Source: Octopus vulgaris
Lineage: Eukaryota
Assembly: GCA_951406725.2 (NCBI GenBank)
Contig: OX597830.1
Coordinates: 58,280,001-58,344,000 of the forward strand
DNA: 64,000 bases
Reading direction: 5' to 3'
Shown here: positions 25,837 through 39,479 of the stretch, in pieces
How the letters are laid out: the number at the start of each line of letters is the position of its first letter
Position numbering within the stretch: position 1 is the first letter of the stretch
Program-made: the position numbers and the translations under genes
Notes under the pieces: generated by a model
The model's input: the letters and a program-made list of their open reading frames with translations, nothing else
What the model was told of the DNA's origin: nothing
Database searches by the model: none

Positions 25837-27721
25837 TACAAACAGCTTACATTTTTGAAATCACGTTCACTTAAAAATATTTCTAAATATTAAAATATTG
25901 TGTTTGATAAATGCGAAAATAGAAACATTTACAGTGAAAAAAAAACTCGTAGTTTTTCGTTGTCAAGTCGCAAAGATAGAGTTTCTTTCCTTTCAGGATG
26001 AAGATTATTTTCGGAATATTTCCCCATTATGCACCGTTTGGGGTATTTATACCCAAAAACCTCTGATATCTTTAAAACTACTTGTCCGATTTACGCGAAA
26101 CTTGTTTCATTCTGTTCGTATTAACATTTCAGGGTAAACTTAATTCATAGTATATAGTATTTTTCCATTATGCTCCAGTTTGGCTAGGTAACATTGCAAA
26201 CAAGCAAGCAAACAAGATTCAAACTAACCTTTAATGTATTATCGATAGATGGCGAAAGTGCAGATAATTTTTGACTTACCTTTATTATATGTGTGTGTGT
26301 GTTACTCAAAGGACATAACGAGTATGTCTACCTGCTGGAAATAACAGTCAAAACTCTTATTCAAACACTGATAATAACTACAGAAATCAGCCATCTGTGA
26401 GTATACGGGTTGAGAAAATCATTCAACATACCAATATAGCATCCATCTATATATTCTCTAGTGTTTGGACTCACGTGGACCGGTTTCTGGACTGGCATTA
26501 TAGCCTCCCCCTCTTCAGCACGTGTTAACACAATGAAAAATCCGCCAACCTCTCACGTTGAAGTCTGCGCTGCAACTGATTTGTTTTACACCAAATCATA
26601 GCATTTTCAGCAGAAACTCTATTATTATCTAGGATAAAATGATTAATATATATTCCCTATTCTTTGATTTCCTTTTCCCCCACTTAACTTGTCTCTTCCT
26701 CTCTCTCTCTCATTCTTCATTCTCTCTCTCCCCCTCACCATTCTTCATGGTCTCCTCGCACCATTCCCCTTCTTCTCTCCCTTCCTCTTGCTCCTCCTCC
26801 CCCCTTCCCGTCGTCCACCCGCGACGATACTTCCGCCCTGACTGCTAACTGTCTTTCTAGCCTGCCTTTCAAGGTAACTGGACGACTTTTCCTGCTCTCT
26901 CGTCGTTCACAAAAAATTCTGCGTTTGCAATACTTTTTTCGTTCGGCGTCAACAGCCCTTCTTATCTTGTTTTCCCTGTCCTGTCTTTTACTGTTATATA
27001 TATTTTTTTACCGTTTTTTTACTGTTTTTATTTTTTTGTACTGTCGTTACTGTCCTGTTTTTTTACCATTTTTTACCCCTCTGCGAAAAGATCTCAGAAT
27101 TTTAATTGATTTGCTTTTCGCAGGAAGGAAAGTTTCTTGTCGAAGATACGTCTCGCTTTTATCCTTCGAAACGTAGAGTAGATGAAACCATAGCGACTGA
27201 AGAAGGGGTTTTTTCGTTGTGTTAATTGTCCTGTACTCCATTTTTTGTTGTTTTTAAAAAATGTCCTGTTCCTTTGGTTTGTGTCTATGTTTTCGTTTCT
27301 CTTTGTGTTCGACGTCCCTTTGGTGTCCTGTACTCATATATGCGTGTATATGTACATGTAGAGGTAGGTACGTACATATATGTTTATATATATGCATATG
27401 TTTTATTTCATTTATTAATATATATATATATATACGCGCATACATGTATGTATACACGCACATGCACACACACGCGCGCGCGCGTATTTATTTACATGTA
27501 TAATTCTTTCTACTATAAATTTTGCGAGGGAAGACCAGGCGATTAAACTTAGCCCAGTGTTCAACAGCTATTTATTTTATCAACCTCGAAAAGATGAATG
27601 CAAAGTCGATATCGGTTGGAATTTGAACTCAGAACATAAAACCGGAAGAAGTGTCGCTAAACATTTTGTCTGGCTGGCAAACATTTCTGCCAGCTCACCG
27701 CTTTATATATATATATAAGAA

Positions 27722-28028
27722 ATGAAGATGAATAGCTTGCCAATAGTTCAGTTCAGGATGCAAATGCTTCAATAACCTAGTGACTTGTTTACATACGATA
27801 AGTTACGTGTGATGTAATACTGAATAATTTTCATTATATGCTAAATCACCAAACCGATCTGTCTACCAACGATCGAAAACGCTTGAAGAAATGACTGTGA
27901 TTTAGTATATAAAACAATGTAAATTATGTAATATCACATCATATAACGTAATACTTCGAGTACAAATAAATTGCCATGCCATTGAAACATTAGTTTCATG
28001 AATTCAACTATTGACTATTCATCTTCAT
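27722..28028. mobile_element. Old foldback/palindromic MITE
   Basis: ATGAAGATGAATAG...CTATTCATCTTCAT termini with nested complementary blocks (TTATATGCTAAATCAC / GTGATTTAGTATATAA). Confidence 0.7.
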
Positions 28029-28619
28029 GTATTATATTATTTTAACCGCCTGACATGTACAACAAACGTTGTTACAGAATGGCTAACAGCATTCAAGTAA
28101 TTGAGATTGCGTCCATTACACTATCGACCGAATGATTAACGAAGAATAATCATCAATATCTCTACAGAGTATAACATTTTGGAGTTGTTCGGAAGTTAAT
28201 GACCACGATTATTAAGATCCAAATCGATTGATGCACATACATTGCGATGGACCGGCGTCCCGTCCGGGGAAGAATATATACGCCAGCGAAACCGGCCCTT
28301 TTCTCCTTACGGACTAATGTGGACTAATCACACACTCGTGCGTATAGATACACATTTTCTTGACTCACAAAGCAGACGTAATAAATAACCAACATCACAA
28401 GATTCCCTGAACGGGAACACCGGCTCGAAGCAAGGTGCCAACTATTTTGATGAGAAGGAAAAAGGAAAAAGTTGGCTGGTGCTTTATTTTATCGATCTCG
28501 AACGTAAGGAGGGTGGAAGAAACGCTGCTAAGCACTTTGTCCGGAATGCTAACGATTCTACCTGCCAACAGCCTTATACATATATAAACACGCACGTATG
28601 TATGTATATTTGTCTGTAT

Positions 28620-29140
28620 CGTCATTTTTTGGCATCTTGGCCCAAATCGTCTTCTCATAGTGGTGGAGGCCTTTCCGTTCTCCCGGATGCCACTTATTAA
28701 CTACACGGGTCCACCTTTCATCTGTGAACCTCGCGACATTTCCCGCCCTTCGGTGTCTTACGGTTACGTCGTACACTCCGCTCCGTTCTCGAATGATCTC
28801 ATTTTGCATACGCTCTCACAGTATTCCTACTAAGGTATTTTCGTGGTTCTTTGTGTCGTAACCAATCGATGTTCTTCCCTCTTCATAGAAGCCCACGTCT
28901 TACTTGCGTCTAAGAGCGCATCCTTTGTTGAGGTTAAACACCTTCCATTCTCCCCTTACTTTCTTCGCGATTTCAGCATCTATCTCTCGACGCATTTTCA
29001 CTGTGTATCCCAAGTAGACGTACTCCTCGATTTCATCGACCCCCCCCACCTCTGTCCAGCGTTTTTGCTACGTTCTGAGACCGCATGTATCTTATTTTCG
29101 TGCGACTCGCTTTGTGGTCTTCTGCTGAACTATGATGCAG
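28620..29140 (-). mobile_element. RTE-clade LINE 3' fragment
   Basis: NEIIRERSGVYDV...RAGNVARFTDERWT...WHP, an RTE C-terminal WAGHVAR..D.RW motif. Confidence 0.75.
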
Positions 29141-29424
29141 GCTGCAAAGGAATGAAAAAGTCTAAAAGATGCAGGAGAGAGCTGGCACTCTAAGGGTTAG
29201 AGGTGATGGCACATAAGAACAAGAACAGGCTCAGAGTGACAAAGGGTATGCAAAACATTCTACACGAACCTTCTTAAATCATCACTGATGATCGATTCTC
29301 CACTGTCACCTATTCTGGTCAGAGAAACTGAAAATGCCTTCAAGCTGATGCAGAAAGACAAAGCTCCAGGGAAAAATGGCATATCAAGGTGTGAAGGTGA
29401 AGAGCGGTAAAAAGTCTACCCACG

Positions 29425-30972
29425 AGCACATCGACTACGAAGCGGTGACAGGAGTGAAAATCAACCGGGAAAAGTCAGTGGGCTTGCGGCTCGGCACCTG
29501 GAGAAGCAAGCCCTTGCCGTCCACCAGCGCCTCCGTCGTGGGACGCTGGACCGACGGTCCGGTCGAGTTGCTCGGGGTCTGATTTGGTCCGGACCTCCAA
29601 ATGGAGAACTGGAACGAGATAACGAGTAGGGTGGTCACACTCGCCCGGCAATGGGCCGAGAGGAAACTGTCCCTAAAAGGTCGGGCGGAGGTGGCGAATA
29701 TCGCGTCCGTCATCTACTACCGCTTGAACATCGTGCCTTCTCCCGACCCTACCATCATCAAACTAGAACGCATTCTCTTCCGCTTCTTGTGGAAAGGATC
29801 CGTCCCGATGGTCAGGCGATCCATTTGCTGTCAACACCCGTTAAAAGAAGGGCTGGGCATGCCGTGGTTGATGATGCGCAGACACGCGCTGAGACTGCGA
29901 CATCTCTGGCTCTACGTAGACACGCATTCCCGCAACTCGTCTCCATGATCGAACTGCAGTCGTGGATCAAAAAGAGGCCGAGGAAGGGCGAATGGCACCG
30001 CGAGTGTCGCGTTGCTCTCAAGCAACTATGTCGTCCCGGGTCAAGCTTGAGCGACTTCAACACAACCAAAGCATTCTATAGGGGATTAGTGGAGGGGAAG
30101 TACGACGACGAGCTCGGTGTGAACCTGGGCGTCGACGAGGAATACCTGACCCGCCTGTTCAAGACGACTTTCGGGCCAGGACCTATGAACAACTTCCAGT
30201 GCTGGCAGTGCTACCGAGAAGCGCTAACCGTTCGGAATAAGCTCTACAGACACGGGGCCGACCTCCGGTCAGAACGACGAAACCGTTCTGCACGCACTCG
30301 TGCAGTGTCCAACCGTTTGCGACCAGTGGGCTTATGTCGAACGACTGCTGTCACGTGTGGGACGAGTCGGTTTATCAGCCAAGTCTCTCGTCACGCCTCC
30401 TTCCTTCAAACGGGAAGGAAGAGCTATTTTCATCATGCTTGTGGCTATGGTGAAAGAATGTATCTGGTGGACGCGTCTGAAAGGATTAGAGACAAACACT
30501 TTCCTCTCTGGTCAATCTTTCATCAACTTCTTCAAGTATCACTTGAAAAAGGAAAGTGAGAGTAGAGAGGCAAGTTTTGTCTAGTGAATGTTTCAAAAAA
30601 AGATGGGTGAATGTAGCAAGGATGGCACGTATGAATGACGAAGCCACCTTGAGCATAAGCCTATGAATCCGGAAAAATTTAAAACAGAGTTACTTGCAAA
30701 TAAATGTTAACATGTGACATTATTAACCGAGGTTACCGTGGTCTTTTCCGTAGGCTTTTCTTTCCACGAATAAACCTTATCCATTTGCCCCCTTTACATC
30801 ATGACATTTCTGTGATACACGATCCCTATTGATCGTTTCTTTTTCTCTTTCCTTTTTACGATCCCTTTTGGTCGAAAACCTACTCCCGCCTTTTTTTTTC
30901 TCCCCCAAAAGAAAAGCTCTACTTTGTAATCTGTCCCACCTGTGTTCAGCCCCGTGTGGCTAATAAAGAAAC
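29425..30972 (+). mobile_element. L1/Tx1-clade LINE, 5'-truncated and frameshifted
   Basis: YEAVTGVKINREKS...LLGV*FG, WAERKLSLKGRAEVAN, FRFLWKG, P.KEGLGMP, a later zinc-knuckle remnant, and a 3' UTR ending TAATAAAGAAA. Confidence 0.85.
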
Positions 30973-31489
30973 CTAAATATACACATAGGTATAGCTTGTG
31001 TGGACAGTTAGATGTGCGACTACTACTGTTAAAGCCCCACATTGATTACTATTATTGTTGTTGTTGTTGTTGTTATCCAGTCAGCTTCCAGTGTTAGTTG
31101 TTAGTCAACGACTTTACTTAGTAATGTTACTAGTTATGATATACAGAACACATGCAAGGGTGAAGTTAAGATAAGCACAAGCACTTGAGTTTATCTTAAT
31201 TTTCCCCTACACACACACACACTCACATATATGTATGTATACACACACACACGTCATCATCTCATAAATACATTCCAAATTGCAGTAAGTTATCGGTGGA
31301 ATGAGCTTGAGCATGTGTATGAGAGAGAGAGAGAGAGAAAATCGTGGTTTATTTTTCTGTATGAGTGTCTAAAAAGTTGTGTAAATGGTGCTGGTAATTT
31401 GGTTCACTGGGCGAATTTATCTGTGTTATTGGGCTCAATATATATATAAAAAAAGTTGTGTGTGTGTATATAATTTCTCGATGAATGAA

Positions 31490-31750
31490 TCGATCCCAGG
31501 ACTTATTTTTAAGACTAGCACTTATTCTAACGGTCTCTTTGCCAAAATGCTAGGTTACGGCTACGTCAACACCAGTTGTCAAGCGGGGATGGAAAAGACA
31601 CACACACACACGAGCTTTCTGTCAACCAAATCCACTTGCAAGGCTTTGGTTAGCCCGAGGTTATAGAAGACACTTGCCCAAGGTGCCATGCAGTGAGACT
31701 GAACCCAGAGCCATGTAGTTGGTAAGCAAACGTCTTACCATACAACCACA
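31490..31750 (-). mobile_element. SINE family B (degenerate)
   Basis: GACACTTGCCCAAGGTGCCATGCAGTGAGACTGAACCC motif. Confidence 0.7.
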
Positions 31751-34700
31751 ATATTTCTTCTATGACTTGAGAAAAAAAAACAAGATTGTATTTTATTAAT
31801 TCGTACTTCTAACATCTTTCATAATACAAGAAGGATATTTAATTGGGGTCATTAAATACTGAAATTAAGTTGATGTAATTAAGCATTTGAAAGAGTTATT
31901 TGTTGTAGAGAATCATTCAAAAGTCTAATCGGAAAAGCAAGATGAAAAAGTAGCAAAAGGTAGCAAATTGGCCAACAGGGATGAATATGGTTTCAACAAA
32001 TATGATAGCCCTATCGATAAGGAGCTGGTGACCAGCGACCAGCAGTTCATATCTTACAACTGCAATTGTGGTCAGTTGAGAAACTTTACTGCTGAAAACC
32101 CAGAGTAATGTTACTCACTGGTGAGTATCAAAAAATTTTGTGCTGTTGATGTTGAATCTGTTTTGCATGCAAGTAGAAAGAAACGTTCAAAAACTACTTC
32201 CATAAAGATGATCTCCTGTGTGTATGATGGATATCGAACGCAGTTGATATCAGATCACTGAGACAATAAATCGTTAAATCCGACAGTTTGTTGCAGCTTA
32301 TAAATTAATAATTTTCTTTCCATCCTCCATCCTCACATCCAGATACGATTTTATTAAAATCTGTTTACGTCAGCAGATTGTTTCGACTTCATTCAGATTA
32401 AAACAAGAAAAAGACTGCAAATGGCCCAGAGCAGCAATAAAGAATTATTTCTGCCACGACATTACTTTCATCTTATGGTTCTCCTCGGATTTGTAGTTTA
32501 GCCCTTGGTTAGCTGCAGCCCAGTGTACCTACGATCAAAAGGTATTCTACCCACAACCATTTCATTTTTTCTATCTCCTCCTCCAATTAAGATTTCTGAA
32601 AACACATTGTCTAAAGAGTTCATTCCTTTCCTTAAACCAATCAAGTATGAAGTGAGAGAAACTAGCTTGCTATTTCTAGCAGATCAAACGATCATGCAGA
32701 GGCAATCTCATTAGCTTGTCTCAACCCAGTGAAGGTTCTTGGCATGGAATCTTAGAAACCATTCATACTTTTTACAAAGAAATGGATTTTTTTCTAGTGA
32801 GTTTATGTTGGTGTTTGTCACCCAAAAGCAACGTTTTGGAAAGCAAAAGCCAGTTGACAATAAATGGCATTTTTTTTTTTGTTAAACAAGAATAAAATTG
32901 ACAAAGAAAGCCAACAAGAATAGATTGAAAGCAGATAATGTAGAGAAAGAAGTCAAGCAATGGTTTTTATGTCTCACATCAGATATTTTACTCTTTTTAC
33001 ACATGTACATGGGGTTGGGGTGGGGTGGGGCCAAGGAGATGGGCACTACAAGAATCTCTTTTCTGGCAACAGGACCAGCTGTTTGTTGGAGGCCACAAAA
33101 AAAGGAGCAGGGGTGGGTGGGAAGGAGGCTGCAGCAAAGTTGTTTTCAAATCAAAGGAAACTGCTAGAGAAAATAAAGGGAGAGAGAGAAAGAGAGTTAC
33201 AATAATAGCCAGAAATAAAATATCAGCTATGGCTTAGAATTTCACAGCAAAAACTCTAAAAGTAACAATAATTAATTGATTAAGGGTGTATGTGCATGCT
33301 TCAGTTTATCAGAGGTTAACTTATTAAGAAGTAAACACACAACATTAACGTCTCAATCATTTTAGAAAACTGTTTTGGGGCTCAAACACTTGAGCAATAT
33401 TTTCAGACTAATCAAGTTGATTTGGTTTTAGGTAAATTCATTTATTTTCCAGTTTACAGAGATTGGTTCCTTTCTAAATAACCATGTATTTGGTGAGAAC
33501 TGAAGCAAAGGTTTCATTCTTTTTTTCTTTTTTTTTGTCTCAAATCAAGCTCTATCACATTTGAGTAGAAAGTGAAATGTGAGAATAGAAAGAATTCAAC
33601 AGAAGAGTTTACAAGAAAATATAATCCACAACACATCTATGTACACACACTTCTTCAGGGTTCTGACTTCTGTTCTTGTAGTAGAATTTCCAGTTTGTAA
33701 CTTAGTCAAAAATAAAATCAACTATTCTCTCATTATAGTGGAAAGCAAAACATTTATAAATAACCTTTCTTAACGAACAGATAATAGGAGGGGCAGGAAA
33801 ACTTTAAAAACTAGCAATTACTAAATTTGTCTGATCAGTTGAACAACTGAAAGGTTCACCAACCATTATTGATTAAAAGGGTTAATTCAGATAACGAATC
33901 ATGCCACCTTGGATGTTTTTAAATTTAAAACTTCTCCGTCATCCACAAAACTACTACACTTAATGAAGAAACACTGATGTAGGGCGCTGATTAAAATATT
34001 ATTTTAACAGCTTCACATTTAAGGCAAAGCAATTCTTTATTTTAATTAATAGCATTTATAAGGAATTAAGGATATTCAATGTTATATCCAAGATATCTGC
34101 TAAAAAGAAAGTGGGCTATTTGTCCAAGAGGAACTGGAGAAATAGCCAAACTAAGAGGAGACTGCTAGCAGCCACAGATATTTATAAGGCAATGGACAGC
34201 CAAAAATACATCCATTAAACTACAGGAAAGAACACTGCAAGCAATGATACTGCTCTTCCAGATTGTTAGCATTATACATAGCATTATCTAGTTAAGAGAA
34301 AAATCAAACAAGGTTTAAGTAGGGACATTCGTGTGTGTGTGTGTGTATAGGAAAAGGTTGGCAGTGATGTTGACATTTTACCAAGAACTTTTTTCTTAGA
34401 GAATTTGAGGCAAAACTTTGAAAATCACTATCAACTTTTAACCTTGGAAAAATAAATATAATATTCATAAATGTGTTGAGTGATTTCTTTTTCAATTAAT
34501 AGCTTGATTGCTTTCATATATGATTGTACAGTAAAAATAAAATAGCATATATATATATATATATATATATATATTGCCACCTGCTTTATAAATAAACAGC
34601 TTAAAGTTGTGTTAACTTTCTTTCATTGTTTGGCCAATTTCAGAGCAGTCCTAAAAAAAATTGCACTTTGAGAAGATTCTTTCTTTAAATCCAGATGACA

Positions 34701-35085
34701 AACAGAAACTAGAATACCAGAGATTGTTTGTTTGGAAATAAAAATGAATGAAATTGCAAAGAAAGAATCAGAGGACATACATTTTGTACAATTTGACAAA
34801 AAGTAAAATTAATTGAAGGTACGGATTTGTGAGGCTTACGCAGCAAACTCTTATAACTACTGTCTGCAGTCTTCAGTTGCTATTAATGTTGGTAAGAACC
34901 AAAAAAAAAAAAAAAAAATCAACAAAATGCTTACAAAGACATAATTCAAAGTTTGTGGTTTATAAAGTAAGAAGAGAGTGAGTAGAGAGGGCTAAACAGA
35001 AGAGGAGTTTGGAAAATTTCAATAATGGAAAAAGGGAGTTTTTATTGAAACAGGACATATAGTGTTTCAGGGCTCTAAATATTAC

Positions 35086-35116
<31 letters not shown>

Positions 35117-35134
35117 AATACTGATGTGTGTATG

Positions 35135-35182
<48 letters not shown>

Positions 35183-35273
35183 CATATATACATGTGTACA
35201 TATATATTGACACAGATATATACATATGCCTACACACACGATATCTATACACTCTCACCCATAAATGTGTGTG

Positions 35274-35334
<61 letters not shown>

Positions 35335-35404
35335 TGTAGAGATACACATATGCATGCTATTTTTAGTTTTGCTGTAAATTGCTTTAAATACATACATTTT
35401 ATTT

Positions 35405-35452
<48 letters not shown>

Positions 35453-38067
35453 ATTTTTGTTTTTAATTGGAAAAAATTTACTTTTTTTCTAAAGTAATAC
35501 TTAGTGAGAAGTTATGAAAAGTTGAGTGAGTCAATGAGAAGAGTGTGGAAGATTTTATTGTCAGCTGTGGATCGTCTGTCATCCAATAAAGCATAGAGAA
35601 AGACAATTGTAGGAAAAATACAACTTAATTTATAGTGGCTATGAAAAGTGAAAAGATTTTGATAAGCGCAAGGAAGATGAGATTTTGGGTTGCTTGGAAT
35701 ATAAATGATTTATAGAAAACAGAAATATACATGGTTATAAATAGGTTAAGGGTGTCATGAGCAAGGTGTTCTGCCTTTACAAATATAAAGCAATACATGG
35801 TTAGAGGGAAACTTGTTGTTTCAAAGGGAAACACTATTTTGATTTATCGACATATTCCAACTGTAGAAGATCACTATCTGCAGACAGGATTGAAGACACA
35901 GCCACACAGAGAAGACTAAGTTCACAAACATAGAACAGGCCTAATTGAAGTAGAGTTGTATTATGTATACAATTGATTTTAATAGTCATAATAAAACAAA
36001 GCTTCAGACAAATTAAAAATAAAAGAATAATTGTAATGTTGGTGAGAGTAGCATAATGAATAAAACCTTTGGTAAATAGCTCAATTGATTTTGCTTCCAA
36101 ACAAAGAAAAACTATAAATGAGAGGGCTTTTACTGTTTAACACTATCTTTTTGGGTTTTTTTTAGAATTGAAGTAAAATAAGTGAGGTGGGAGACAATAG
36201 ATTACAAGGGGAGGGGGCATTTACAAGTGAAATGGAAGGATTCCAACACCCCATCTCCCCCTCTTTTAGAAAATATAAATAAATAAAACTGAAGAGTTTA
36301 ATCTGTCAAAAGTTAACAGGAAACCAGTTCATTAATTATGGTTTGATGCTAATCAAACTAAACGAGGAACAAAAGACTTTGATCTTCGTGTTACTGTTTC
36401 AATAATTTTACATTATAAGAGGAGGAGAGAAAAACGGCAACATATATGCCTTTGGGTAGGGTTTAAGAAATTGTTAATACACCATGGTACAACCCAACCA
36501 TCCATTCATGTACAGCAGCAACATGTATCATGCACACACACACACACACACACAGAACGTAGCTCCCATATATAGACATTGTGTATGGCCCCAGAGATTA
36601 AAAATGGAGTAAATTCAAACTGACGCAAGCTTTATAAATTAGGGGACAAGTTTATAAACATGTACAAAATTCCTGATAGTAATTTATGTCTGCAACAGTT
36701 AATTGGTAATAATATAAATAAAGAAAAAAAGATAATGATAATTAAAGGGAGGAAAGGCAAAGCTTCAATAGCCACTTAGCAGTAAAAACTGAATTAAGCT
36801 ATAAAACCAGACCAAATAACTTTTACAAATCCTAAACATTATTTATTCTCGTTTCATATATACAGTAAGAAGCTACCATACAAAAAACAAAAAAAAATCA
36901 AACAAACAAACTCAGAAATATAGACAGTTTATATGGAGGGATGAGAGGATCGCTCTTCTCCTCTGCAAATGGGTGGCGTAGCAATATCAGATTGCTCTGG
37001 TAGAAATATGAAGTTGCTTCAGCACAGCGATAGCCAGATTGCTGGCAGAAACCTTGGAATGCTCCCCCCCCCCCACCCAGCTTAGTTGTATTGGTCTGTA
37101 GAGGCAGAAGCTGATTGCTTCAGCATAGCTTTAGAAGGCGCTGCCCTAGCAGAAGAAGAAGTATTACACTCGGGTCACCTAGTAGAGCAAATGTCAGGCC
37201 GTGTTGGCAGGAACATTAATAAGTGGTCCAGTAGAGAGCAAGAATAGGATTATCCAGGCAGAAACAGAACTCTGGTCTAGGAGAGCAATAGCAAGATGCT
37301 CTGGCAGAAAAAAAACAAAAAACAAAAAAAAAAAAACATTAAATTGCTCCAACAGCTATACAGTAATGGCAATGGGGGGGTGGGGGAGAGGGGAGAGGAA
37401 AAAAAAGAAAACAATGTAAATAACAGTAAGCATATGTAAAGAAATAATGTAAAGGCTGGAAGTTATCTAATTTTGTGTCTGTATGCATGTGTGTGTGTGC
37501 ATCAGAGAGAAAGAGTGAGAGAGAGTGAGAGAGAGAGTGAGAGAGAGAGAGAGAGAGAGTAAGATTTTAGCGAAAGGTAGCTGCTCAATTGTTAGAGAAT
37601 GTATTAAAGAGGGCAGCACTAGCAGGAGGCACAACACCTTAGCCAGAGAGCAATACTGTTGTAAAGAGTCGAAGCCCTTCCCCCCCCCCCTCCGCTGCCT
37701 CTCATTGTAAACACTGTTGCTGCTGCTGCTGGTCGCTGCAGTTTGAGGAGAAGAAGAATTTGCTGTTCATCAACAGTTCAATAACTGCTAAGCAGGCACG
37801 AGAGGAGAGTGGGGGGAGAGGGAGAGAGGGGAGAGGGTAAGATCACAGAGCATTGTAGGCAAATAAGATTCAAGTGATGACTGACAAACAAGTGAGACAA
37901 CAAGAGAGGTATTAGACAGGTGACATGACATGAGGAGGGGAGAGGGGGAAATTGTTGGTGTTTTTGTTGTTGTTGTTTTGTTTTTTGTTTTTTTTGTCTT
38001 GTATAAGCTTTGGTTGAAAACTTCCCAAATTTTATTGCAATAACCACACATAAACAACCAGTAAGCA

Positions 38068-38160
38068 TCACGTATCAGCAGAGGCCAGTGGAGATTTGGA
38101 ACCTTTCGAGCCATCTTTCTGTGACTGAGCCCGTTTTATGTAGAGTTTTAATAATTTCAT
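38068..38160 (-). CDS. CLASP: CLASP terminal coding exon (MKLLKLYIKRAQ...ADT*)
   Basis: Acceptor TTTCAG|; matches the conserved CLASP C-terminus MKLLNLYIKRAQ; TGA at 38070-38068. Confidence 0.9.
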   Translation of the reverse strand: MKLLKLYIKRAQSQKDGSKGSKSPLASADT

Positions 38161-38295
38161 CTGAAAGTAGAAGCAAAAAGCAAAAATATGTCAAAAACTA
38201 AATTATTATGAATTTCGCAAAATTACAACACGGACGAAATAAGGGAGGAGAAAGTGATGAGAGAGAATTTAAGGAGAAAAACTGCAGATATTCAC

Positions 38296-38412
38296 CTTAC
38301 TGTAATTCAACTGACTTAAATAGGGTCGTAAATTGTCACCAACTGCCATATAAATGGATACCAAGCAGAACACACTAGCCTTGCGAACTGTACTTTCAGA
38401 GTCATCATAGCT
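38296..38412 (-). CDS. CLASP: CLASP exon (SYDDSESTVRKASVFCLVSIY...)
   Basis: AG/GT bounded, 117 nt, phase 0-0; conserved ESSVRKASVFCLV motif. Confidence 0.92.
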
Positions 38413-38540
38413 CTAGATGCAAAGAAATAAGATATATGGATATATACATATATACGTATAGAAGATATGTATGTGTGTACACACACACAACTTTGTAATT
38501 ACAAACGTAATTGTGTATTTCAAGAGAAAGCTGTACTTAC

Positions 38541-38609
38541 TTTTAACAAACCAGGAACTATCTCTGTAAGAGAGGTTTCTAATTCCTCTTTGGGTAAGAG
38601 TTCTATAAC
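38541..38609 (-). CDS. CLASP: CLASP exon (VIELLPKEELETSLTEIVPGLLK)
   Basis: AG/GTAAGT bounded, 69 nt, phase 0-0. Confidence 0.88.
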
Positions 38610-39134
38610 CTGAAATAGAATTGTTTTATATATTTAAAAAAATTGCTATGAAAAAGAGGGAGAGAGAGAGAGATGGAATTTACCTGGTGTCACAAATATG
38701 AATAAATATATTTTTCAAGATAATATGCAGGTTTCAATTATGTTAGTGTGTGTGTGTTTGTGTGTGTACAACAGTGACTGTGTGGTTAAGAACTTCCTTT
38801 TCCAACCACAAGGTTTCAGATTTTAAATCCAACTGCATCGCACCTTGGGCATGTGTCCTCAACAATAGCCCTAAGGTTAACCAAGGCCTTGTGAGAGGAT
38901 TTAGCAGACAGAAACTGAAAGAAGCCCATCACGTGTGTGCGTGTGTGGGGGGGGGGGTACGCTTTCTTGTCTTGTGATCATGTGATAGTTAGGACTATGG
39001 GGAAATATTATTTTGCTTGGAAACAAGTTAGGGCTGGCAACAGGAAGAGCATCCCACCATCAAAGATCTGCTTCAATACCCATGCAAGCATAAAAAAGTG
39101 ATGTTGATTTTATATATATATATATATATATATA

Positions 39135-39320
39135 ATGTGCCGGTGGCACGTAAAAAGCACCCACTACACTCACAGAGTGGTTGGCATTAGGAAGGGCATC
39201 CAGCTGTAGAAACACTGCCAGATCAGACTGGAGCCTGGTGCAGCCTGCTGGCTTCCCAGACCCTGGTCGAACTGTCCAACCCATGCTAGCATGGAAAGCA
39301 GACGTTAAACGATGATGATA
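39135..39320 (+). mobile_element. RTE-type 3' UTR fragment with (ATG)n tail
   Basis: GGCACGTAAAAAGCACCCACTACACTC...GTTAAACGATGATGA; same sequence as the UTR after the RTE ORF end at 55390-56050. Confidence 0.7.
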
Positions 39321-39479
39321 TATATAAAGACAATCAGTTGCCAATATTAACAAGATGTTGTTCTACCAAATCTCTGTCTTCAGCTTCCTTCTCAATGCCA
39401 AATTCCTGAATAAGAATAGGCACCAACCCCCAATATTGTGTGTGCAGTGCAGTCATTGAGGTATAACATGTTTCATTCC

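Noticed and set aside
31929-32108. 59-codon open stretch SEKQDEKV...AENPE* on the plus strand
   Set aside because: No start codon, splice context or recognisable homology.
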